Source: a virus | Virus record (IMG/VR): IMGVR_UViG_3300047476_001657 | Location: 29,304 to 93,303 of that record | Strand: one strand, 5' to 3' | Length of the DNA stretch: 64,000 nucleotides | In this document: one piece after another, positions 47,730 through 55,078 of the stretch | Layout of the letters: every line of letters begins with the position of its first letter | Position numbering within the stretch: position 1 is the first letter of the stretch | The notes under the pieces: model-generated | Database searches by the model: none | The model's input: only the letters and a program-made list of their open reading frames with translations | Told to the model about the DNA's origin: nothing | Translations under genes and position numbers: made by a program

Positions 47730-48018
47730 TATTTACTTTATCAAAGATAATTCCAATCAAGTCAAAATCGGATATACAAATAGGGATGTACAAAAGAGGG
47801 TGAAAGAATTGAATTCACCCAATTTAAGTATTATCCTTGAATTTGAGTCCAAACATCCCACCAAATTAGAAAAGGCCTTACATTTTAGATTCAAACAATA
47901 TAATATTGAGAGGGAGTGGTTTAATTTAACAGATTTCAGTATTGAAGAATTGAAGAAAATTTGTTATACTCTTGAAGAGGGTATTAACACTATAAAACAA
48001 AATAATAATTTTTTATGA
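47722..48018 (+). CDS. GIY-YIG family nuclease (T5orf172/MUG113-like)
   Basis: GFIYFI...VKIGYT...KRVKEL...LEKALH...REWF. Confidence 0.8.
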   Translation: MGFIYFIKDNSNQVKIGYTNRDVQKRVKELNSPNLSIILEFESKHPTKLEKALHFRFKQYNIEREWFNLTDFSIEELKKICYTLEEGINTIKQNNNFL

Positions 48019-48218
48019 AAAACATTTTAGTAAAAATTGGATTTAGAATAGCAAGTTGGCTATACAAACAAGGAATTATCGCACCACAACTTTTATCACA
48101 CGAAGATGGAGCTCCAGTGGAGTATATTAAAGTTCTAACATCAAATGAAAGTGAAGAACTTAAAAACAATGGGAAATTGAAAGGGGATTGGTCTTGGGAA
48201 ATAAACTATCAAAAATAA
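48015..48218 (+). CDS. Hypothetical protein
   Basis: ATGA overlap with the upstream gene. Confidence 0.6.
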   Translation: MKNILVKIGFRIASWLYKQGIIAPQLLSHEDGAPVEYIKVLTSNESEELKNNGKLKGDWSWEINYQK

Positions 48219-48227
48219 TAATTTTTT

Positions 48228-48572
48228 ATGATGACATTAATTGCTTGGTTTGTTATGGCCTATGGGTTCACAAACATTATGGTTTATGGAAGTATTTTTC
48301 AGGGATTGAGAGATACTATTAAAAATTGGGGGAATAACCCATATTTTCCACTTAACTTCTTATTCAATTTTATAGATGGGATTCTGTCTTGTGTAATGTG
48401 CTGCTCAGTTTGGATCGGATTTTTCATTGGTTTGGTAATTTGGTCACCCAATAGTCATTTATTTGGAATGCCAATATACACATCTTGGTTTTTTGATGGA
48501 TTAATGGCGTCAGGTGCAGTATGGGCAATTAATGCTATTGTTGAATATTTTGAAGAGAATAGACCCAAATGA
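48228..48572 (+). CDS. Small membrane protein (DUF1360-like)
   Basis: Three hydrophobic segments with a CVMCCSVW motif. Confidence 0.65.
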   Translation: MMTLIAWFVMAYGFTNIMVYGSIFQGLRDTIKNWGNNPYFPLNFLFNFIDGILSCVMCCSVWIGFFIGLVIWSPNSHLFGMPIYTSWFFDGLMASGAVWAINAIVEYFEENRPK

Positions 48573-49189
48573 AAAAAGTATTAGAATTATTTGCTGGTAG
48601 TCGTTCTATTGGTAAAGCTGCTGAATCACTTGGAATGGAAGTATTTTCAGTTGATTGGGAACAATATGAGGGTATTAATTTATCAAAAGATATTGGACAA
48701 TTAACAATGGAAGATGTACCTTTTGTTCCTGATGTTGTTTGGGCTTCACCAGATTGTACAACATATACCATTGCGGCAATATCACACCACAGAAATGGAA
48801 CTGAACCAAAGAGTGAATATGCCATCAAATGTGATGGAGTTAATCAACATTTTATATCTTTGATAAAAGAATGGTTAAACATTAATCCAAATATGGTGTT
48901 CTTTATTGAGAATCCAAGGGGTATGTTAAGAAAGATGCCTTGGATGCAAGAGTTTACAAGACATACAATATGGTATTGTAAGTATGGGGATGAAAGAGCA
49001 AAACCCACCGATATATGGACAAATAGCACAACTTGGATTCCAAGACCGATATGTCACAATGGTAATAAAGAATGTCATCACCAACCAGCACCAAGGGGCA
49101 GTAAAACAGGAACACAAGGTAGAAAGGGAAGTTATGAAAGAAGTAAGATACCGGAACAACTTTGTATGGAAATATTAACATCCTTTTAA
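48569..49189 (+). CDS. Short phage-type C5-cytosine methyltransferase-like protein
   Basis: LELFAGS, WASPDC, IENP, KPTDIW, RSKIP. Confidence 0.75.
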   Translation: MKKVLELFAGSRSIGKAAESLGMEVFSVDWEQYEGINLSKDIGQLTMEDVPFVPDVVWASPDCTTYTIAAISHHRNGTEPKSEYAIKCDGVNQHFISLIKEWLNINPNMVFFIENPRGMLRKMPWMQEFTRHTIWYCKYGDERAKPTDIWTNSTTWIPRPICHNGNKECHHQPAPRGSKTGTQGRKGSYERSKIPEQLCMEILTSF

Positions 49190-49271
49190 TGTTGTTTATC
49201 ATTTGTTATGTATAGGCACGGTGAATTACAGATGGACTTAATTAAATGAACGAAACTAATAATTTTTAAAA

Positions 49272-50012
49272 ATGTGGGATGGTAAATATACTTTTGAAAA
49301 AAGTAAAATAATACAAGGTGATAGTTTAGATAAAATGAAATATATACCAAATGGTAGTGTTGATTTAATTGTAACTGACCCACCATATAAAATGACAAAA
49401 CAAGGAAATTCTTGTAGACCAAATTATATGAAAAGTGGAATGGGTGAAAATTTATTTGATGGGGAATTACCAAATACAAAAGAGTGGATGAACCTATGTT
49501 TTGATAAATTAAGAGATGACGCACATTTTTATGTTTTTACAAATATCAATAGTTTACACGAATATTTAGATGTGGCAAAAGAATGTGGATTTAAATTACA
49601 CAACATAATTTCTATGATTAAAGACACTAAAATGCCAAATAGGTGGTATTTGAAATATACGGAATTTGTTTTGTTTTTCCGAAAAGGTAGAGCATTTCCA
49701 ATAAATGATATGACAAGTAGGGATTATGAATTTGTAGAAACACCAACACTAAAAAATGGTAAAATACATATATCACAGAAACCATTAAATTTTATTGAGA
49801 AATTAATAACTAATTCATCAAAAGAAGGTGAAATATGTTTGGATTTATTTAGTGGTAGTGGAACTCTTGCAGAGGCGTGTTTAAATACAAATAGGGATTT
49901 TATCATTATAGAGAAAAATCCAAATGACTTTGAAAAAGGCAAAAAGAGGGTTGAAGAAATTTTTAAAAATTATGGATTTAACCCACAAAGTTTATTAGAC
50001 ACACAAATGTAG
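49272..50012 (+). CDS. DNA amino-methyltransferase (beta class), orphan
   Basis: TDPPY, HISQKP, LDLFSGSGT. Confidence 0.9.
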   Translation: MWDGKYTFEKSKIIQGDSLDKMKYIPNGSVDLIVTDPPYKMTKQGNSCRPNYMKSGMGENLFDGELPNTKEWMNLCFDKLRDDAHFYVFTNINSLHEYLDVAKECGFKLHNIISMIKDTKMPNRWYLKYTEFVLFFRKGRAFPINDMTSRDYEFVETPTLKNGKIHISQKPLNFIEKLITNSSKEGEICLDLFSGSGTLAEACLNTNRDFIIIEKNPNDFEKGKKRVEEIFKNYGFNPQSLLDTQM

Positions 50013-50114
50013 TGTTTGCACTTAACTAGAATATATACGTAAGTCGCTATAACAGATTATTATTCAATCACTTAAAAGACCCAACTATAAGGATTCGTAA
50101 ACAAAAGTTAAATT

Positions 50115-50261
50115 ATGAAAGAGAAAAGATTAGTAAGATTCCCAAATGAAAGTGAGTTTTTGGAAATTGAGATTGAAATGGATGATTTCAATATGGTAAC
50201 AATATTCCAAGATGAAGTGTTTGGGTGGTATAAAGGAACATATATTTCAATAAAACTATAA
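50115..50261 (+). CDS. Small hypothetical protein (48 aa; not in the ORF track)
   Basis: MKEKRLVRFPNESEF...YISIKL; its TAA overlaps the next ATG. Confidence 0.6.
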   Translation: MKEKRLVRFPNESEFLEIEIEMDDFNMVTIFQDEVFGWYKGTYISIKL

Positions 50262-50692
50262 TGGAATTAATAACAACTTATATTTGTAAATTATCGGACA
50301 CTGGTGTTCACGATAATATATTTGGTGGAACAATACTTGGATTGATTGACCAAAGTGCTGGTGCTTATGCTGCTCAAATTTGCGACACACCTAGAATGGT
50401 TACAGTTAAAATTGATGAATTGGTTTTCAAGAATCCAGTTAAAGCTGGAACAATCATCAAAATATATGGAACTGTAAAAGAATTTGGCAATTCATCGATT
50501 ACTTTATATGTTGAAGTCAGAAAACACAATGTTTATACTGGTAAACAAGAGGTTGTGGTTTCAACTAATATAAAGTTTGTTAGAATAGATGAAGAAGGAT
50601 ATCCAATACCAATCTCGGAACGAATTAAAATTAGATACAATGAAAGATTTGAGAAATATGGTAAAGGATTATTAAACCCCGATGAAAAATAA
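50261..50692 (+). CDS. Acyl-CoA thioesterase (hotdog fold, YciA-like)
   Basis: DTGVHDNIFGGTILGLID, MVTVKIDELVFKNPV, GNSSIT, FVRIDEEG.P. Confidence 0.85.
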   Translation: MELITTYICKLSDTGVHDNIFGGTILGLIDQSAGAYAAQICDTPRMVTVKIDELVFKNPVKAGTIIKIYGTVKEFGNSSITLYVEVRKHNVYTGKQEVVVSTNIKFVRIDEEGYPIPISERIKIRYNERFEKYGKGLLNPDEK

Positions 50693-51530
50693 AGTTATGA
50701 ATAAGGCTGATAAATACTATATCCAAAATATATCCAAAATTATGTCAGAGGGTTCTTGGGATGAGAATCCTAGGCCAAAATATAAAGATGGAACACCAGC
50801 ACATTCCAAATTCATAACCCAAGTTTGGGAAGAATATGATATTTCAAAAGGTGAATTTCCAATAACTACACTAAGACCAACGGCAATTAAAACTGGGATT
50901 AAAGAAATATTATGGATTTACCAAAAACAAACTTCGTCATTACAAGTTGCTCGTGAGATGGGTATTAATTGGTGGGATGAATGGAATATTGGTGATGACA
51001 CAATTGGTAGAAGATATGGGTCAACAATTGGTAAATATGCTTTAATGGATGGATTGTTGGGTGGATTAATGAAAGACCCATTCAGTAGAAGACATATTAT
51101 GAATATGTACCAATATACTGATTTGAACGAAACAAAAGGGTTATATCCTTGTGCTTATGAAACTATTTGGTCGGTAAGAAAAGTTGATGACAAATTATGT
51201 TTGGATTTAACTTTAATCCAGAGATCAAATGACTACTTGGTTGCTGGCTACATAAATAAAATCCAATATGTTGCCTTACAAATGATGGTTGCAAAACATT
51301 GTGGTTTTGAAGTTGGTAAGTTTTGTCACTTGGTTCAAAATCTCCACATATATGATAGACACTTTGATGTTGTTACTGAGTTGATAAATAAAGAACCATC
51401 CAAAGACAATTATCCATTTATTGAATTGTTAACTGATAAAAACTTCTATGATTATACAATAGATGACTTTAAGATTCACAATATGAGTGGTATAACTAAA
51501 ATTAATTCAAAATTAGAGTTAGCGATATAA
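50682..51530 (+). CDS. thyA: Thymidylate synthase
   Basis: SRRHI, LYPC, QRSND-x7-N, NLHIYDRH, C-terminal LAI. Confidence 0.92.
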   Translation: MKNKVMNKADKYYIQNISKIMSEGSWDENPRPKYKDGTPAHSKFITQVWEEYDISKGEFPITTLRPTAIKTGIKEILWIYQKQTSSLQVAREMGINWWDEWNIGDDTIGRRYGSTIGKYALMDGLLGGLMKDPFSRRHIMNMYQYTDLNETKGLYPCAYETIWSVRKVDDKLCLDLTLIQRSNDYLVAGYINKIQYVALQMMVAKHCGFEVGKFCHLVQNLHIYDRHFDVVTELINKEPSKDNYPFIELLTDKNFYDYTIDDFKIHNMSGITKINSKLELAI

Positions 51531-51550
51531 GGTTTTTCTGATATATTTAG

Positions 51551-51582
51551 ATATTTATATGGTAAGGAGGTAAAACCATATG
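51551..51582 (+). promoter_or_regulatory. Late motif plus a hairpin over the start codon with AGGAGG in the loop
   Basis: ATATTTATA 51551-51559; stem ATATGGT/ACCATAT; loop AAGGAGGTAAA. Confidence 0.65.
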
Positions 51583-52332
51583 ATAATCTACAGAACAACA
51601 AATTTAATAAATCAAAAATTTTATATCGGTAAAGATACTCATAATAACCCAAACTATTATGGGTCTGGAAAAAAAATGAAGTTAGCAATCAAAAAATATG
51701 GAAAAGAAAACTTCAAAAAGGAAATATTAGAAATTTGTGAAACAAAAGAGCAATTAAACGAAAGGGAAAAATATTGGATTGAAAAATTAAATGCGATTAA
51801 TGAGGGTTACAATATTTCTTTGGGTGGTGATGGTGGAGATACAATCTCAAATAATCCAAAAAAACATGAGATTGCTAAAATCCATAGTGAAAAAATGAAA
51901 ATGGAAAAATTTAACAAAAAAAAAGGAACAAAAGTTGTTAAATTAAAAAAAAGAGATGATTCTAATTGGGTTAATCCAAATAAAGGTAAAGTTAGTCCAT
52001 TAAAAGGGAAATCAACAGGTAAAAAAGGAATACCCAATCCAACACATTCTGAATGGATGAAAAAAAATAACCCCTTCAAAGGAAAAACACATACTAAAGA
52101 AGTTAGAGAAATTTTGAGTAAAATTAATTCTAAACCAAAAAGTGAAGAACATAAACGAAAAATATCTGAAACATTAAAGGGGAATAAACCTAGTAATATG
52201 AGGAAAGTTATTGTTGATGATATAGAATATGAAAGTTTAAGTTTTGCGGCAAGAAAAATAGGAATACCTATTTCTACTATGAAAAATAGATTAAAATCCC
52301 CAAAATTTGACAATTACAGATACAAAGATTAA
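51580..52332 (+). CDS. Free-standing GIY-YIG homing endonuclease (Seg-like) with NUMOD3-type repeats
   Basis: IIYRTTNLINQKFYIG...YYGSG...LNERE...GYNI; NPFKGKTHT and KSEEHKRKISE repeats; C-terminal HTH. Confidence 0.9.
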   Translation: MIIYRTTNLINQKFYIGKDTHNNPNYYGSGKKMKLAIKKYGKENFKKEILEICETKEQLNEREKYWIEKLNAINEGYNISLGGDGGDTISNNPKKHEIAKIHSEKMKMEKFNKKKGTKVVKLKKRDDSNWVNPNKGKVSPLKGKSTGKKGIPNPTHSEWMKKNNPFKGKTHTKEVREILSKINSKPKSEEHKRKISETLKGNKPSNMRKVIVDDIEYESLSFAARKIGIPISTMKNRLKSPKFDNYRYKD

Positions 52333-52337
52333 ATTTC
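52305..52337 (+). promoter_or_regulatory. Early/middle promoter ATTTGACAA-N16-TAAATTTC within the 3' end of the endonuclease gene
   Basis: Same motif and spacing as at 2144, 41818 and 54583; 18 nt before ATG 52356. Confidence 0.6.
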
Positions 52338-52355
52338 CTTTATCAAATTAATAAT

Positions 52356-52598
52356 ATGAAAACAATCAAAATTAGATTTATCTATTATCCAAATCGTGAT
52401 AGATACACTATCCAAAGAAAAACTTTATTTGGTTGGAAAGATATTACACGTAGAATAGATTTTGGGTATGGTAGTGGTATTGAGTATTACGCTGGAAGTA
52501 CAAAAGAAGATTTATTGAATGTTGTATTGGATGATTATTATATAGTTAATAAAAAACATATTAGAATTGTTGAATATCCCGAATTAAAATTTTATTAA
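52356..52598 (+). CDS. Hypothetical protein
   Basis: Packed small ORF (YTIQRKTLFGW). Confidence 0.65.
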   Translation: MKTIKIRFIYYPNRDRYTIQRKTLFGWKDITRRIDFGYGSGIEYYAGSTKEDLLNVVLDDYYIVNKKHIRIVEYPELKFY

Positions 52599-52599
52599 T

Positions 52600-52863
52600 A
52601 TGAAAACAGAAACATTAAAAAAACTGATACAAAATGTCTTTGATAAGACAGATGACAAAGAAGAAATATATAGTGAAATTATGGCGTTGATTACATTATA
52701 CGAATTGGATCAACCAGAACCTAAATTTCTAAACAACAAGTTCAACTATAAAACATTTGAAAATCCATATTACATTAATTGTAGTTGTAATCCAATTAAT
52801 GGTGGTGATGGAGTTTGTGGATGTACACTTGGGGGACAATATTATTCAACTTCAACAATATAA
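52600..52863 (+). CDS. Hypothetical protein with CSCNP..GG.GVCGC motif
   Basis: Cys cluster near the C-terminus. Confidence 0.65.
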   Translation: MKTETLKKLIQNVFDKTDDKEEIYSEIMALITLYELDQPEPKFLNNKFNYKTFENPYYINCSCNPINGGDGVCGCTLGGQYYSTSTI

Positions 52864-52869
52864 AAACAA

Positions 52870-53433
52870 ATGGGACTAGTAGATTACGCAAAATTAGAAT
52901 TACAAATGGCTGGATATTTTGATGAAGATTCAGATTATGGTGGAGCTTTAGGTGAAGCTGTTATGGAACTTATTGAAGTATTTGCAAAACAAGGACATTC
53001 AGGTATGTCAGCAGCAATGGTAAATGGGTTATTTACAACATTAGCTGACTACAAACCTCTATTACCAATCACAGGGAAAGATGAAGAGTGGGGTGATATA
53101 AGGGATTATAGTGATGACCCTTATTATCAAAACAAAAGAGAAAGTGCTTTATTCAAGTATAGTGATGGTAGTGTTCATTACATAAATGCAATTGTTAAAA
53201 GAACTCCTAATGGATTAACTTGGACAGGCCCATTATATCTTACAAGAGAAGATGCTATTAATTGTGTAAATAGAATCGGTAGTAGTTTAGAAATAAAAGG
53301 ATTTCCATTCATACCAAAGACATTTTACATTGATGTATTAGAAGAAGAAATTGAAAAGGATGATTGGATTATGTGGTGTAAAGACCCCTCTCAATTAGAT
53401 GAAGTTTGGGAATACTATAAAAAACCTTATTAA
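52870..53433 (+). CDS. Phage hypothetical protein (GHSG motif)
   Basis: FAKQGHSGMSA...PLLPITG.DEEW...QNKR. Confidence 0.75.
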   Translation: MGLVDYAKLELQMAGYFDEDSDYGGALGEAVMELIEVFAKQGHSGMSAAMVNGLFTTLADYKPLLPITGKDEEWGDIRDYSDDPYYQNKRESALFKYSDGSVHYINAIVKRTPNGLTWTGPLYLTREDAINCVNRIGSSLEIKGFPFIPKTFYIDVLEEEIEKDDWIMWCKDPSQLDEVWEYYKKPY

Positions 53434-53445
53434 TACTGAAATAAT

Positions 53446-53976
53446 ATGAAACAAACACCAGTAGAATGGTTAGTTAATGAGTTACGAAAACTCTCTCACA
53501 ATAAAAATTACCATTTAGGAATGGGTGATATTAGGATTACTCAAGGAATGTTAGATGACTTATCTGAACAAGCCAAAGTAATGGAAAAAACACAATCTAT
53601 CATCACAGAAGATACTTCAGATGGATATCACACATTCAAGGAACTATACGAGTTTAGAAAGGCATATAATGTTGCTCTTTTCAATGAATGGGGAACACAA
53701 CAAGTAAGAAATCCAAAATGGGCAAGTGAAGATAACCAACCAGTTAATTTACCAAAGTATGATGTTCACAAAAGTTGGAGATATAATGATGGTGAATTAT
53801 GTGGTGGTGGAGGATGGTTTATAGTAGTAGCGGTATTACCTACTGGACAAATTAGTAATCACTATCAAGCACAAGATTGGGAATTATTCAATATACCATC
53901 ATATGAAAAGGCAAAATATCCTTTTGATGGACATACTCCAAAGGATGTTATGGATAGATTACTTAAACTTAAATAA
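53446..53976 (+). CDS. Phage hypothetical protein (DGYHTF / FDGH type)
   Basis: SDGYHTFKELYEFR, GWFIV, GQISNHY, FDGHT. Confidence 0.75.
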   Translation: MKQTPVEWLVNELRKLSHNKNYHLGMGDIRITQGMLDDLSEQAKVMEKTQSIITEDTSDGYHTFKELYEFRKAYNVALFNEWGTQQVRNPKWASEDNQPVNLPKYDVHKSWRYNDGELCGGGGWFIVVAVLPTGQISNHYQAQDWELFNIPSYEKAKYPFDGHTPKDVMDRLLKLK

Positions 53977-53977
53977 T

Positions 53978-54253
53978 ATGAAAAAATTATTTAATATACT
54001 TAAACGATTTTTTTGTAGGATAAATGTTGATAGTAGTAATCCTATCTCCGATTTAGAAAAAAGAATTGTAAAAGCAAAAGAAATAGTAAATTATAGTTTC
54101 TCATATGAAAATAGGATATTTGTTGAGAACTATTATGAAGTACTAGATGTATTGCAATATGAAGACACACTTGGAATGAGGTTATTTGTTCGTGACTTTA
54201 TTGCAAGAAAAGTTGATACAGATGAATGTGTTAAACATCTACAACACAAATAA
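53978..54253 (+). CDS. Hypothetical protein
   Basis: Likely start MKKLFNIL at ATG 53978, just after the upstream stop. Confidence 0.55.
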   Translation: MKKLFNILKRFFCRINVDSSNPISDLEKRIVKAKEIVNYSFSYENRIFVENYYEVLDVLQYEDTLGMRLFVRDFIARKVDTDECVKHLQHK

Positions 54254-54281
54254 TCGGTTAATTAATAAAAAACCTTATTAG

Positions 54282-54518
54282 ATGAAAACCTACATCCACG
54301 TCAACCAACATAATGTCCGTTCCAATAAAACAAAAGGAACGGATTTACCTGTTATCTCAATCAAACAAGGAAGAAAAAACACTTATTGTAATGAAGTTGA
54401 AATATTAGGTCCGAGTAAAGTTATATATGGTGGTGAAGGTTGTGATGCAAAACCAATATTAGCTTGTGGTGCAAGGGTGGTTATTGAAACTGAAGCTGAA
54501 ATAAAAATAATAAAGTAA
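54282..54518 (+). CDS. Small phage hypothetical protein
   Basis: IHVNQH...PVISIK...EVEILGPS...CGARV. Confidence 0.72.
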   Translation: MKTYIHVNQHNVRSNKTKGTDLPVISIKQGRKNTYCNEVEILGPSKVIYGGEGCDAKPILACGARVVIETEAEIKIIK

Positions 54519-54531
54519 AGTTATGTTCAAC

Positions 54532-54568
54532 TTCGCCAAAACTCATAAATTCAACCACATTTGGCGAA
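54532..54568. repeat. 9-bp inverted repeat TTCGCCAAA/TTTGGCGAA with a 19-nt spacer
   Basis: Intergenic, just upstream of a promoter. Confidence 0.6.
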
Positions 54569-54582
54569 ATATAAATTTCACC

Positions 54583-54615
54583 ATTTGACAATCCAAGGTT
54601 GATTTCATACATTTC
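54583..54615 (+). promoter_or_regulatory. Early/middle promoter ATTTGACAA-N16-TACATTTC
   Basis: Same motif family; upstream of the 54628-Rad50 operon. Confidence 0.65.
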
Positions 54616-54627
54616 AATAAAAAAGAT

Positions 54628-54837
54628 ATGATATTAGTACAATTTACAATCAAGGATAAGCCAATCTATATCAATCCAAAAACTATTGTATCAATTTCAC
54701 CAAGAGAAGAAGGAACAGAGATAACAACGGTGAATTACAATGAGTTTTACGTGGTTGACCAAAAGATTGATGCAATTATCAAAACATTCAAAACACATTC
54801 ATTAACCAAACAAATTATCAATACAACAAATGGGTAA
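54628..54837 (+). CDS. Small protein, FlbD-like
   Basis: PIYINPKTIVSI...TEIT...VVDQKIDAI pattern. Confidence 0.5.
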   Translation: MILVQFTIKDKPIYINPKTIVSISPREEGTEITTVNYNEFYVVDQKIDAIIKTFKTHSLTKQIINTTNG

Positions 54838-55075
54838 GAAAGAAAAAGAACACCGCAAAAAAGTAGCAAAGAGAAACGAAAGAATTGCTGCAGAAAAGAA
54901 AGAATTCCAAAAACAATACACACAACTTTTGGAACAAAAATTGAAGGAATATCAAGCAAAACTTAAAGAAAACGAACAACTTGAAAACGACCTTAAAATT
55001 AGTTTAGGTGGACAAGATTTAGGTTTCTCAATTGTTGACCCAAGTGAATTAGAACAACCCACAACCGAAGAATAG
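54830..55075 (+). CDS. Basic/coiled-coil hypothetical protein
   Basis: MGKKEKEHRKKVAKRN... Confidence 0.65.
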   Translation: MGKKEKEHRKKVAKRNERIAAEKKEFQKQYTQLLEQKLKEYQAKLKENEQLENDLKISLGGQDLGFSIVDPSELEQPTTEE

Positions 55076-55078
55076 AAA

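Noticed and set aside
50682-51530. dCMP hydroxymethylase (modified-base pathway) instead of thyA
   Set aside because: The specificity residue 11 positions after the RS arginine is Asn (dUMP-type), not Asp, and no base-modification genes are adjacent.
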